Source of the DNA: an uncultured Chitinophagaceae bacterium
GTDB taxonomy: Bacteria; Bacteroidota; Bacteroidia; Chitinophagales; Chitinophagaceae
Length of the DNA: 37,379 bases
NCBI GenBank assembly: GCA_964558275.1
Contig: CAZLDH010000005.1
Span: forward strand, 1 to 37,379
Reading direction: 5' to 3'
Shown: piece after piece, positions 1 to 9,900 of the stretch
Layout: each line of letters opens with the position of its first letter
How positions within the stretch are numbered: position 1 is the first letter of the stretch
The notes under the pieces: model-generated
The model's database searches: none
What the model saw: only the letters and a program-made list of their open reading frames with translations
What the model was told of the DNA's origin: nothing
Translations under genes and position numbers: made by a program

Positions 1-358
1 TTCCGGGCTTTAGTCTTTGAGAAAAATGATATTTCTCCCCTCCGGTTTGAGAAATATCATAAACGCGGTCGGAAATACTGACCGAGACACCCTTGGATTC
101 CAATGACGAATCAATCAAAAACAAGGCAGCGGAAGTATCTGTTTTCCCTCCCCATTTCAGGGTATATGTTTTTCCTATGATAAAAACTTCTCCCCCTTTA
201 GGATAAATAAAATACACAGAATCATTGTTAACAGAAGATAGATTGGTTTTGTTATTTTCTTGTACGTTATTCTTATTGTGGCTCTGCTGTTTCTGACCTG
301 AGGAACACCCTGCCAATACCAACAAAGAAATGATTCCTATTTTATTGAAATAGCCCAT
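1..358 (-). CDS. hypothetical lipoprotein, N-terminal part only (ORF runs off the window start)
   Basis: My own minus-strand translation from the ATG at 358 gives MGYFNKIGIISLLVLAGCSSGQKQQSHNKNNVQENNKTNLSSVNNDSVYFIYPKGGEVFIIGKTYTLKWGGKTD... It stays open to base 1 with no stop. It has a signal peptide plus an L-A-G-C lipobox. It is absent from the ORF track because the window edge truncates it. Confidence 0.6.
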   Translation of the reverse strand, partial: MGYFNKIGIISLLVLAGCSSGQKQQSHNKNNVQENNKTNLSSVNNDSVYFIYPKGGEVFIIGKTYTLKWGGKTDTSAALFLIDSSLESKGVSVSISDRVYDISQTGGEKYHFSQRLKPG

Positions 359-378
359 TTTAAATATTTTTAATCCGT

Positions 379-879
379 TTACCAATCATCATTCAGCTTC
401 AAAACCTTCTCAACCACATCTCTCACACAACCTGCTCCTCCATGGAAAGGAGAGATATATTTACTAATGGTCTTAATCTCTTCTGCGGCATCAGCCGGAC
501 AGCAGGGAAGACCAACCATTTCTAATGCTTCATAATCCGGCATATCATCTCCCATATAAAGCACATGATTTTTATTCAAATCATTAAAAAGTAAAAAGTC
601 CTCCATTTTTTCTTTTTTATCTATCACACTCAGATAAACCTCCTGAATGCCAAGTCCCTGAAGTCGCTTTTTTACATTTTCCGAATTACCTCCGGTAATA
701 ATAGCCATTCGATAACCTCGCTGAACAGCATGACGCAATGCGTAGCCATCTCGTGCATTCATGCGTCTGGATAGTTCTCCATTTTCCAACAACTGCAAAC
801 TTCCATCTGTCATTACGCCATCTACATCAAAGACAAAAGTAGTAATTTGCTTAAAGAGATTCAATTGATTCATTTTCAA
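379..879 (-). CDS. kdsC: 3-deoxy-D-manno-octulosonate 8-phosphate phosphatase (HAD superfamily, subfamily IIIA, KdsC type)
   Basis: The 166-aa product has the HAD motif I FDVDGVMTDG. It also has IITGG and the YMGDDMPD acidic motif, and its size is typical of KdsC. Confidence 0.85.
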   Translation of the reverse strand: MKMNQLNLFKQITTFVFDVDGVMTDGSLQLLENGELSRRMNARDGYALRHAVQRGYRMAIITGGNSENVKKRLQGLGIQEVYLSVIDKKEKMEDFLLFNDLNKNHVLYMGDDMPDYEALEMVGLPCCPADAAEEIKTISKYISPFHGGAGCVRDVVEKVLKLNDDW

Positions 880-895
880 CTCTTGAGATTAAGAT

Positions 896-1654
896 CTAAA
901 AAAAATCTTTTATGTTTTTTGTTGTCACTTGATAAATTTCCTTGAATTCGGGATGTTCTTCCAATAAAGTAAGATGTTTCTCTATTGTCGATTCATCTCC
1001 TCTTATCGCAGGTCCGGTTTGTTTGGTTTCTTCAAGCGGCTTCTTCATCTGAACAAATGTTTCATCCAATAAAGGATACAAAAGTTCAAAATCAAGATTC
1101 TCCCGTTTGCAATATGATTTACAGAGTGTCATTAAAAAGTTAGGAAAATTATTACAAAAGATGGCAGTTAAGTGCATCTTCCTTCTTTCCGCCGAATCCA
1201 TTTCCTCAATATTATCGGAAATCGCATTTCCCAGCGAACGAATCCTATTTAATGCTAAAGCAGAGTTCGCTTCTATAAGCAGCGGGATTTTTTTATTTCC
1301 TTCCGCCTCTTTCCGAATAGTCTGCAAAGGATATAACACACCATAACGAGAAGATACGTTTTCCAATACATCCATTTCAATGGAACCTGCTGTATGAACT
1401 ACCAATTGATCTGTAAGATAAAGTTGTTCCGCAATGGTGCTTATTGCATCATCAGAAACCGCCAAAATATAAACATCCGCATTTCTGTAGATTTTTTTAA
1501 AATTAGTTTCAAAATCAGTGTTTAATTTTTCTCCCAGCTCTTTTGCATGTGCTTCATTTCGGCTAAGAATTTGCTTTATCTGATGCCCATTCAGCTTCAA
1601 TAAACGCCCAAAGCAATGAGCCACATTCCCGGAACCTATAATTACTATATCCAT
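896..1654 (-). CDS. Rossmann-fold NAD(P)-binding protein with a DUF2520-type C-terminal domain
   Basis: The N-terminal dinucleotide-binding loop is IVIIGSGNVAHCFG. The C-terminal segment TGPAIRGDESTIEKHLTLL matches the signature I associate with DUF2520 proteins. The specific function is unknown. Confidence 0.75.
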   Translation of the reverse strand: MDIVIIGSGNVAHCFGRLLKLNGHQIKQILSRNEAHAKELGEKLNTDFETNFKKIYRNADVYILAVSDDAISTIAEQLYLTDQLVVHTAGSIEMDVLENVSSRYGVLYPLQTIRKEAEGNKKIPLLIEANSALALNRIRSLGNAISDNIEEMDSAERRKMHLTAIFCNNFPNFLMTLCKSYCKRENLDFELLYPLLDETFVQMKKPLEETKQTGPAIRGDESTIEKHLTLLEEHPEFKEIYQVTTKNIKDFF

Positions 1655-1734
1655 ATTATTTTTAAATTACTGCTAATTTACTACACGAAAAGCATAATTC
1701 CTTAGCACAATTTTATTTTTTTATAATATTGCTT

Positions 1735-1742
1735 TAAACTTG
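1735..1742 (+). promoter_or_regulatory. candidate -7 promoter box for topA (TAAACTTG, one mismatch to TAnnTTTG)
   Basis: The context GCTTTAAACTTGCAAG closely resembles the perfect box GCTTAAATTTGCAAG upstream of galE. It lies 88 nt upstream of the topA ATG. The match is imperfect, so confidence is low. Confidence 0.3.
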
Positions 1743-1829
1743 CAAGATTTAAAAGACCATTTGGTTCTTTTTTTTAAAAGATTTTAAGATAAATCTTATA
1801 TAGTTTAGGTTTTTGAAATATACAAATTC

Positions 1830-4385
1830 ATGGCAAAGAAATTATTAATAGTAGAGTCTCCTGCCAAGGCGAAGACGATAGGCAAATACTTAGGAAAAGA
1901 CTTTAAAGTACTTTCTTCTAAAGGACACATTCGCGACCTGAATAAGGAAGGGATGGGCATAGACATTGAAAATAATTTTAAACCCCACTATAGTGTCTCG
2001 TCGGATAAAAGAAAAGTTGTTTCCGAATTAAAAAAAGAAGTTAAAAAATCTGAGGAAGTTTGGTTGGCAACGGATGAAGACCGGGAAGGAGAAGCCATAA
2101 GCTGGCATCTGTGCAAGGTATTGGGATTGGCACCGGAAGAAACAAAAAGAATAGTATTTCATGAAATCACAAACACGGCTATTCAAAAGGCCATTGAATC
2201 TCCCAGAAAAGTAGATATGAACCTGGTGGATGCCCAACAGGCGCGACGGGTATTGGATCGCTTAGTGGGATTTGAGATTTCGCCCGTTTTATGGCGTAAA
2301 TTAAGCGGTAAGAGCTTATCTGCCGGACGCGTACAGTCGGTAGCGGTTAAAGTACTTGCAGAAAGAGAACGTGAAATCAATAAATTTGCATCCAAAAGTA
2401 ATTATAGGGTAGAGGGCTTATTCAAAGCCAAAGACAAAGAACAAAAAGACATTGTATTCAAGGCAGAAGGAAATAAATTTAAAGAGAATAAGGCAGCCAA
2501 AGAATTTCTGGAACAATGTATGGAAGCGAGCTATACAGTAACAGATATTCAGGTTAAACCCGGAAAAAAGAGACCGGCAGCACCTTTCACCACCTCTACC
2601 CTTCAGCAGGAAGCCAGTAGAAAACTAGGCTATGCAGTTTCCCGTACCATGAGGGTAGCACAACAATTATATGAAAATGGTCATATCTCCTACATGCGTA
2701 CAGATTCTGTCAATCTTTCACAGACTGCCATAAAAAGTGCCGAAGAGGTTATTGGGAAAAAATATGGTGCACAGTATCATAAATCAAGACAATATAAAAC
2801 AAAAAGCAAAGGCGCGCAGGAAGCGCATGAAGCCATTCGGCCTACCGACCTACGCGTGACTCAGGTCGGAAATGCACAAAATCAGAAACTCTACAATCTC
2901 ATTTGGAAGCGAACCATTGCCTCTCAGATGGCTGAAGCACTGACTGAAAAAACAACTGCTACAATTAATATTTCAACCATTAAGGAAGATTCCGAACATC
3001 ATAATTACCTTACTGCCAAAGGAGAAGTAGTCACCTTTGACGGTTTTCTGAAAGTCTATAATGCCGGAAAAGAGGAAGAGGATCAAAAAGAAAATTCAGG
3101 TATCTTACCTCCTTTAAAAGAGGGTCAAATACTGCCTCTTGTAGAACTTAATGCTATTGAACGTTTTAATCGTCCTCCTGCAAGATATACAGAAGCCAGC
3201 CTGGTAAAAAGACTGGAAGAAATGAATATCGGACGTCCTTCTACTTATGCTCCTACCATCAGTACCATTCAAAATAGAGGTTATGTAGAAAAGAAAAGCA
3301 AAGAAGGACATAAAAGAGATTATCAAATTCTCCAACTGAAGGATGGGAAAATAACTGATCAAACGAAGCAGGAAAACACCGGCGTAGAAAAAAATAAACT
3401 CTTCCCTACAGATTTAGGATTAGTGGTTACCGATTTTCTCAACAAACATTTTGATAAGGTCATGGACTATGGATTTACGGCCGAAATTGAGAATCAATTC
3501 GACGAGATTGCGTCAGGAGGTAAAGTATGGAATGAGATGCTGGGCAGCTTCTATAAACCTTTTCACCATCAGGTAGAAGACACCTTAGAACATGCAGAAT
3601 ACTCCAAAGGGGAACATGAATTAGGGACAGATCCCAAGACCGGAAAGCCTGTAGTTGCTCGCTTAGGCCGATTTGGTCCAATGGTACAAATTGGCAGTGC
3701 CGAAGATGAAGAAAAACCTAAATATGCTTCCATAAAACCCGGTCAAAGCATTGAAACCATTACATTAGAGGAGGCATTAGATCTATTCAAACTCCCTTTT
3801 GATTTAGAAGATTATGATGGGGAAAGTGTTAAAATCGGTGCCGGAAGATATGGTCCTTATGTTAAATGGGGAAGAAAATACATCTCCATTCCAAAGGGAG
3901 AAGATCCGCTTTCTGTAAATCAAAATAGAGCCATTGAGCTTATTGAGGAACGAAAAAAAGCCGATGCTCCTATTACCAGCTTTAAAGGGAAACCGGTAAC
4001 TAAAGGCGTGGGGAGGTTCGGCCCATATCTCAAATACGATGGTCTTTTTGTGAATGTTCCTAAAAAATATAACTTTGATAACCTGAGTCAGGAAGAAATA
4101 GAAGAACTGATTGAAGCAAAATTAGAAAAAGAAGCCAATCGTTACATCAAAAGATGGGAAGATCAAAAAGTGGCGATAGAAAATGGAAGATGGGGACCTT
4201 TTATACGATTCAAAAAGAAATCGATTAAACTGGGAAAGAAAGAAAACGGTGAAAAATATACCAAAGAGGAGTTGCAAGCGTTTTCTTTAGATGATGTAAA
4301 AAAGATTATAGAAACAAATAGCCCCGGAACGATTAAGAAAAAGAAAAAGACAGCAAAAACAAAGTCAAAAGCAAAAAAGAAGTAA
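1830..4385 (+). CDS. topA: DNA topoisomerase I (type IA)
   Basis: The Toprim N-terminus reads LLIVESPAKAKTIGKYLG and is followed by ATDEDREGEAISWH. The active-site tyrosine context is ISYMRTDS. Four Cys-less C-terminal repeats carry G-R-[FYW]-G-P, and the protein ends in a Lys-rich tail. Confidence 0.97.
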   Translation: MAKKLLIVESPAKAKTIGKYLGKDFKVLSSKGHIRDLNKEGMGIDIENNFKPHYSVSSDKRKVVSELKKEVKKSEEVWLATDEDREGEAISWHLCKVLGLAPEETKRIVFHEITNTAIQKAIESPRKVDMNLVDAQQARRVLDRLVGFEISPVLWRKLSGKSLSAGRVQSVAVKVLAEREREINKFASKSNYRVEGLFKAKDKEQKDIVFKAEGNKFKENKAAKEFLEQCMEASYTVTDIQVKPGKKRPAAPFTTSTLQQEASRKLGYAVSRTMRVAQQLYENGHISYMRTDSVNLSQTAIKSAEEVIGKKYGAQYHKSRQYKTKSKGAQEAHEAIRPTDLRVTQVGNAQNQKLYNLIWKRTIASQMAEALTEKTTATINISTIKEDSEHHNYLTAKGEVVTFDGFLKVYNAGKEEEDQKENSGILPPLKEGQILPLVELNAIERFNRPPARYTEASLVKRLEEMNIGRPSTYAPTISTIQNRGYVEKKSKEGHKRDYQILQLKDGKITDQTKQENTGVEKNKLFPTDLGLVVTDFLNKHFDKVMDYGFTAEIENQFDEIASGGKVWNEMLGSFYKPFHHQVEDTLEHAEYSKGEHELGTDPKTGKPVVARLGRFGPMVQIGSAEDEEKPKYASIKPGQSIETITLEEALDLFKLPFDLEDYDGESVKIGAGRYGPYVKWGRKYISIPKGEDPLSVNQNRAIELIEERKKADAPITSFKGKPVTKGVGRFGPYLKYDGLFVNVPKKYNFDNLSQEEIEELIEAKLEKEANRYIKRWEDQKVAIENGRWGPFIRFKKKSIKLGKKENGEKYTKEELQAFSLDDVKKIIETNSPGTIKKKKKTAKTKSKAKKK

Positions 4386-4394
4386 AACTTATTA

Positions 4395-5276
4395 ATGGAA
4401 TCCGATGAACAGCAAATAGAAGCACTTCTGCGTTTAATAGACGATCCGGATCATGAGGTTTATACCACTGTTGCCAACAAAATTTTAGACTATGGCTCAG
4501 GTATTATTCCCCGATTGGAAAGCCTATGGGAGCGCACACCGAACGAATCGGTGCAGGAACGTTTAGAAATGCTCATTCATCGGGTTCATTTTCAGATTTT
4601 GCGAGATGCATTTATAGAATGGGCTGCAGAAGATCAACCGGATTTATTAACCGGCGCATTACTTATTGCCCGTTATCAATATCCGGATTTGAATCATGAA
4701 GATATCCTTGCAAGGATTAAAAAGTTAGAGCGGAATGTCTGGTTGGAATTAAACAATTACCTTACAGCACTGGAAAAAATAAACATCCTCAACAGTATGC
4801 TTTACAATCATTTCCATATAAAAAGCACTGAGGTTAACCAATCCTTTCCAAAACATTTCTTTATAAATAACATATTGGAAAGCAAGGAAGGAAATGCACT
4901 TTCTATCGGCATTCTATATCAAGTGCTTTGCCAGCGTCTGGAAATCCCGGTCCATGCCATCGGACTACCAAGACAATTACTTTTGGGATATTTCAATAAC
5001 TTTTCTGATGGATTCGATAAAGCAATTTCGATGGGCAACAACCGCAATGCCATCTTATTCTTTATTGACCCTGCTACAGGGCAAATATTTAGCAATAATG
5101 ACGTTAAAGCTTATCTTAAACGCCTAATGATTCCTTTGAGAAGTCAATATTTTCAGGCTCAATCCAATAAAAATATTGTACTGATAACATTAAAAGAATT
5201 AAGCCTTTTTTATAAAGACACGCCACATTATTACAAGTTTGAAGATTTAAAAGAACTGGTCAGAATCTTAAGCTGA
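4395..5276 (+). CDS. transglutaminase-like superfamily protein (SirB1/YchA-like)
   Basis: This 293-aa ORF starts 9 nt after topA, so it is probably co-transcribed. The central region GNALSIGILYQVLCQRLEIPVHAIGLPRQLLL resembles the SirB1-type transglutaminase-like fold. The assignment is by resemblance only. Confidence 0.7.
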   Translation: MESDEQQIEALLRLIDDPDHEVYTTVANKILDYGSGIIPRLESLWERTPNESVQERLEMLIHRVHFQILRDAFIEWAAEDQPDLLTGALLIARYQYPDLNHEDILARIKKLERNVWLELNNYLTALEKINILNSMLYNHFHIKSTEVNQSFPKHFFINNILESKEGNALSIGILYQVLCQRLEIPVHAIGLPRQLLLGYFNNFSDGFDKAISMGNNRNAILFFIDPATGQIFSNNDVKAYLKRLMIPLRSQYFQAQSNKNIVLITLKELSLFYKDTPHYYKFEDLKELVRILS

Positions 5277-5281
5277 AAAAT

Positions 5282-5313
5282 AAAAAACTCTCGGCTTTTG
5301 TCGAGAGTTTTTT
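5282..5313. terminator. bidirectional intrinsic terminator between convergent genes
   Basis: The sequence is AAAAAA-CTCTCGGC-TTTT-GTCGAGAG-TTTTTT. It forms an 8-bp stem (one G-U pair) with a 4-nt loop, flanked by A6 and T6. It sits between the stops of the 4395..5276(+) and 5346..6977(-) genes. Confidence 0.75.
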
Positions 5314-5345
5314 ATTAACAACAATTATATCACTAATACGCTGTC

Positions 5346-6977
5346 TTATTCACCATATCCCGGATTTTGTTCTAAATTAGGATTGATAGCTACCTGTTTG
5401 TGAGGAATAGGAAAGAGTTTCTTATTCGGATCATCCATTGGCTCATGATCCCACCAGGAAGCCGTAGTAAACTTACCAAAGCGAATAAGATCCTCCCGGC
5501 GTTTACCTTCAAAAATAAATTCACGCCCTCTTTCTGCCAGCAGCTCATCCATTGTTAAAGTCTGCGTAGTATATTTCTCAGAAGGCCAATCTGCGTCTGA
5601 GAAGTGGCGTTTTCTGGAAGCGTTGATTAAGTCAACAGCTTCTTGCGTTGCCTTTCCTCCATTTTTCCTCATTATTGCCTCTGCCTTATTAAAATATATT
5701 TCAGTTAGACGATAGATAATATATTCATTTTCCCAATAATTGGGATCGTCCAAAGTACCTGATTTGTATTTATTGAAACGAGCGCCACTGTTTTCTTCTC
5801 CTTCTGTCATACCTCCGTCTGAAGTTGTATCTCCTTCGCTTTCCCGACGGATGGTATTTACATAAACCAACGGCTGATCAGCCCATTCTTCCGTTCCAAG
5901 AATTGGGATATCTGTACCGTAAACATATTGAGGTCCAAAAAGGAACCAGTTTTCTTTTCGAAGGTCATTCTCTTGAAATTGATCAAAGGCAGAAGGAACC
6001 ACACAAAATGCATTCCAGCCGGTATAACCAACATCCAAGGCTTTAGACATATTAGAATATCCCATAAAAAAGCCAGACCAATTAAAAGTAAATCCTCCCT
6101 TTCTACTAAATGCAAAAGCCCATATACTTTCTTTTGACTGTCTATTTTGATTACCAAAAGTAACTGCGGGATTTTCATCTAATTTCATTACCCCATTGAA
6201 AGCCCCGGCATCACCGCTAATGATTTTGTTGCAAGCAGCAATACAATCATCCCATCGGGGTGTACCTATCCAAACCTCGGCATTCAGATAAAGTTCTGAT
6301 AATATCGCATAACCCGCTGCTTTTGTAATACGTCCATCCATTTGTTTAGAAAGCAGTTGAAGTTTAGGAATATTTTCTAATAGTTCCTTTTCTATAAATT
6401 TAAAAACTTCCTTTCTAGACCGTGTTTCAGGGTTAATCGGTTCCCCAACTTTAGTAACAATCGGAAAATTTCCCCATAAATCCATAGCTTTCATATAATA
6501 AAAAGCTCGTTCTACTTTTACTTCGGCGATCAAAGATTCCATTTTTTTCTTCGTCATATCAAGTGCTTTGTAATTGACCGTCTCTAATTGACCTATTGCA
6601 GTGTTACAGAAACCAATTCCGGTCCAAAACAAATCCCAGGCGCCTCTAATTCTTGATTCCTGAGTCGTCCATTTATGATAGTGCATACGAATATGATCCC
6701 CTCCATCATAACCATGTCTCCCACGTTGCGGCCAAGCCAGTTGATCGGCTGACAACTCACTTAAATAGTAATAAGCATTTTGTCCTGTGGGGGCAATACA
6801 AGCCTGAAGATGCGTATAGGGTCTTAACACTGCTTGTAAGACCTCTCTTTTATTATTGTAAAAATTATCAACTGTTATGTCATGGTATACATTTTCACTT
6901 AAATCTGTACATGCTGTCCATGAGAATGTTCCTAGAATAGCAAACAGGTATACCGCTTTCTTTATATTAAATTTCAT
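5346..6977 (-). CDS. SusD/RagB-family nutrient-binding outer-membrane lipoprotein
   Basis: The 543-aa product has a signal peptide ending in the lipobox-like W-T-A-C. It lies immediately downstream of the SusC-type gene (11-nt gap). Its length and TPR-like helical sequence character are typical of SusD homologues. Confidence 0.9.
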   Translation of the reverse strand: MKFNIKKAVYLFAILGTFSWTACTDLSENVYHDITVDNFYNNKREVLQAVLRPYTHLQACIAPTGQNAYYYLSELSADQLAWPQRGRHGYDGGDHIRMHYHKWTTQESRIRGAWDLFWTGIGFCNTAIGQLETVNYKALDMTKKKMESLIAEVKVERAFYYMKAMDLWGNFPIVTKVGEPINPETRSRKEVFKFIEKELLENIPKLQLLSKQMDGRITKAAGYAILSELYLNAEVWIGTPRWDDCIAACNKIISGDAGAFNGVMKLDENPAVTFGNQNRQSKESIWAFAFSRKGGFTFNWSGFFMGYSNMSKALDVGYTGWNAFCVVPSAFDQFQENDLRKENWFLFGPQYVYGTDIPILGTEEWADQPLVYVNTIRRESEGDTTSDGGMTEGEENSGARFNKYKSGTLDDPNYWENEYIIYRLTEIYFNKAEAIMRKNGGKATQEAVDLINASRKRHFSDADWPSEKYTTQTLTMDELLAERGREFIFEGKRREDLIRFGKFTTASWWDHEPMDDPNKKLFPIPHKQVAINPNLEQNPGYGE

Positions 6978-6988
6978 AATGTCATTTT

Positions 6989-9900
6989 TTAGAATCCTAA
7001 ATCTAACCCAATAGTGAATGAACGAATAGCAGGATAAAACCCTCTGCCGTCAATTCCTGTTTCAAAACCGGTATCCTGCACCTCCGGATCTATACCGGAA
7101 TATCCTGTAAACGTAAAGAGATGTCTTGCGGTAACATATATTCTTAGGTTTCTAACATAAGAGGAATTCTGCATATCAAAACTATAACCTAGCGTTACGT
7201 TATCCAACTTAACAAAATCTCCATTTTCAAGATAATAGTCAGAATATTGAGGATCATCTGTAATGTGTTTATTCTTTGTTACTGCACTTTCCAAAACATT
7301 ATTTGGCAACCAATTCTTGTTACCAAAATATAATTGTTTTAAGTTCAGGATATCATAATCAAATTTCCCTCTAAAAAAGAGTGTTAAATCAAAATTCTTA
7401 TATCTTAAATAACTGTTGAAGGAAGCCATATATTTAGGGATCCCATTACCAATAACAGTTAGATCTTCCTGAGACATCTCTGCAGCAGTACCGGTTGAAC
7501 CATCTGCTTTATAAAAAAGAAATTTTCCGTCATTGGTAAATCCGGCAAATCGTTTACCATAGAAGTTACCTACGGCTCCACCTTGCTCAATTCTAATGGC
7601 AGGGCCTAGATTACCAGGTGAAGGCAATCCATAAAATTCAAGATAATTAGATTTATACATTTCATTAGAAAGGGAAGTCATTTCATTCCTTAAAGAACTT
7701 CCATTAAAACTAATAGTCCATTCCAAATCTTCTCTATCAATAGCTGCATAATTTATATGAAGTTCTACCCCTTTATTTCCAATACTTCCAACATTAGTAA
7801 GGATTTCATTTTGTACATAAGGTGGTAATTGAGCCGTATAACTATAAAGTAAGTCCACTGTATTACGATTAAATACATTCAACGACCCTGACAATCTATA
7901 ATCCAATAGAGTAAAATCTAAACCATAGTTCCACTCTTTCTTCTTTTCCCATCTGAGATTAGGATTAGGATTTCTAGCGGGACCATAAGTCTGATAAAAA
8001 GAACCATGTTGGGGATAAACGCCTCCCGTTCCCAGAGTTACTAGAGACATATAATTATCGATTCCCTGGTTTCCAGTTTCTCCATATCCAACCCTTAATT
8101 TCAGATTATTAACGAAAGAAACATCCTGCATGAAAGATTCTTCACTAATCGCCCAACCGGCAGATACTGCAGGAAAATATCCCCATTTGTGATTAGCTCC
8201 AAATCTTGAAGATCCTTCATAACGAAGAATAGCCTGAGCAAAATATTTTTCTTTATAGTTATAATCCAATCTACCAAAGAAAGCAATCAAGGTATTATCA
8301 TATTTATTACTTCCCATTCCAGGCTTCGGTAAGGCATCATTATTTATCGCCGCTCCGGCACCTAGATTCCAATCTTTATAAGCATCAGAAGTGAATCCAT
8401 TATTATTAACATTAAACTCTTCAACTGTGGCATATTGATAAGAATAGCCTAACAAGGCTTTAAAAGAATGATCCGTATTAAACGTAGTATTATAATGTAA
8501 GGTCGCCTCAAATGTTTTTTGCCAATCGATGTGATTGAACTTAGAAGCATAGGCCATCCCTTGATATTCAGAACTTGGACGCTGGGTCCAATCCTTGGAA
8601 CTACGATATTCCCGATCATTATAATTATTTCGTTGATAAGAGCCAAAAGCACTAACTGATAATCCCTTATACAAATCTAGAGTAGCCGTCAAGGATCCGG
8701 AAAAGGTTTGCTGTTGTCTTTTATCCACCCTGTAAGCCAAACGAGACATGGGGTTATAACTATTATACCCTTCAAACTGATAAAACCCACCATATCCGTT
8801 AGGGTCATGTATAGGAGCTGTAGGATTCCATTGTACGGCCTGTTCAAAGTCTCCAACTTGTCCTCCTAATAAGTTAGCATTATTCACATTAGAAGCCAAG
8901 TTGAGCTGAATTTTAAGTCGATCATTAAGCCCGGTTTGGTTTACATTTATCCTACCTCCAAACTCTTCTCTACCATTTTGTTTCGCAATACCTTCCGCTT
9001 TGTTATAATATACTGAAGCCCGATAATTCGTTTTCTCAGTTCCTCCAGTAGCAGAAAAATAATGATATTGAGATAAATTATTTTTATTAATCAAAGAATC
9101 ATACATATCAGTCGTAGCCCCGATATCATATTTACCATCAATTACACCTTGATCAATTAATTTTCTATATTCCGATGCGGTTAGATTATTAGGACGTTTA
9201 TAAACCGCTTCATGTTTAAAATAGGTGGAATAAGAAAATTTAGGAGCTCCGGCTTTTCCCTTTTTAGTGGTAACCAGGATGACACCTCCATTAGCTCTTG
9301 TACCATATATCGCAGCGGCAGATCCATCTTTTAAAACAGAGATGGAAGCAATATCATCTTGTTGTAATAAGTCCAAATTTCCTCCAGGGATGCCATCTAT
9401 AATAATCAGAGGAGCTAAATCTCCTTTCAAAGAAGTAATCCCCCTCAACTGAATAGACGTTCCTGCATTAGGATTTCCTGCACTGGTATTGGTAATAGTC
9501 AACCCGGCGACTTTCCCCTGTATTAGTCCCATGGGAGAGGTCACCCCGCCCTTATTAAAATCTTCTGCATCCACATTGGCAATAGCAGAAGTAATTTCTT
9601 TCTTTTTCTGTGTACCATATCCCACAACTACCAATTCATCCAAATTTTTAGAACTGGGAGTTAAGGTAATATCCAACTCACTTTTACCGTTTAAAAGCAC
9701 CTCTTTTGTTTCAAAACCAACATAAGAGATTACTAATGTAGCATCCTCGGGAACACCTTCCAGCGAAAAGCTTCCATCTACGTCAGTAACGGTTCCTGTG
9801 CTTGTTCCTTTGACTTTAATGGTTACTCCCACCAACGGATTTCCCTCCGCATCAACAATCTGACCACTTACATCTTGTACGAATAAAGCCTCATTCGGCT

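Noticed and set aside
1107-1346. A 79-aa plus-strand ORF. The same issue applies to the many other 60-110-aa track ORFs nested in or antisense to larger genes, for example 2028..2237, 2183..2395, 3114..3362, 3475..3681, 4894..5127, 5825..6178, 6653..6940, 8101..8652, 9267..9725, 10572..10848, 13168..13353, 17726..17965, 18951..19160, 19716..19919, 20838..21152, 21984..22178, 22214..22444, 24978..25907, 26142..26387, 27081..27381, 30154..30348, 31661..31882, 32036..32293, 33258..33452, 33757..33981, 34394..34621, 36458..37032.
   Set aside because: Each lies entirely within a longer ORF that has strong family motifs, on the opposite strand or in another frame. The translations are low-complexity or Cys/Arg/Phe-rich, as expected from out-of-frame reading of AT-rich coding DNA. 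None has its own promoter box or recognisable domain.
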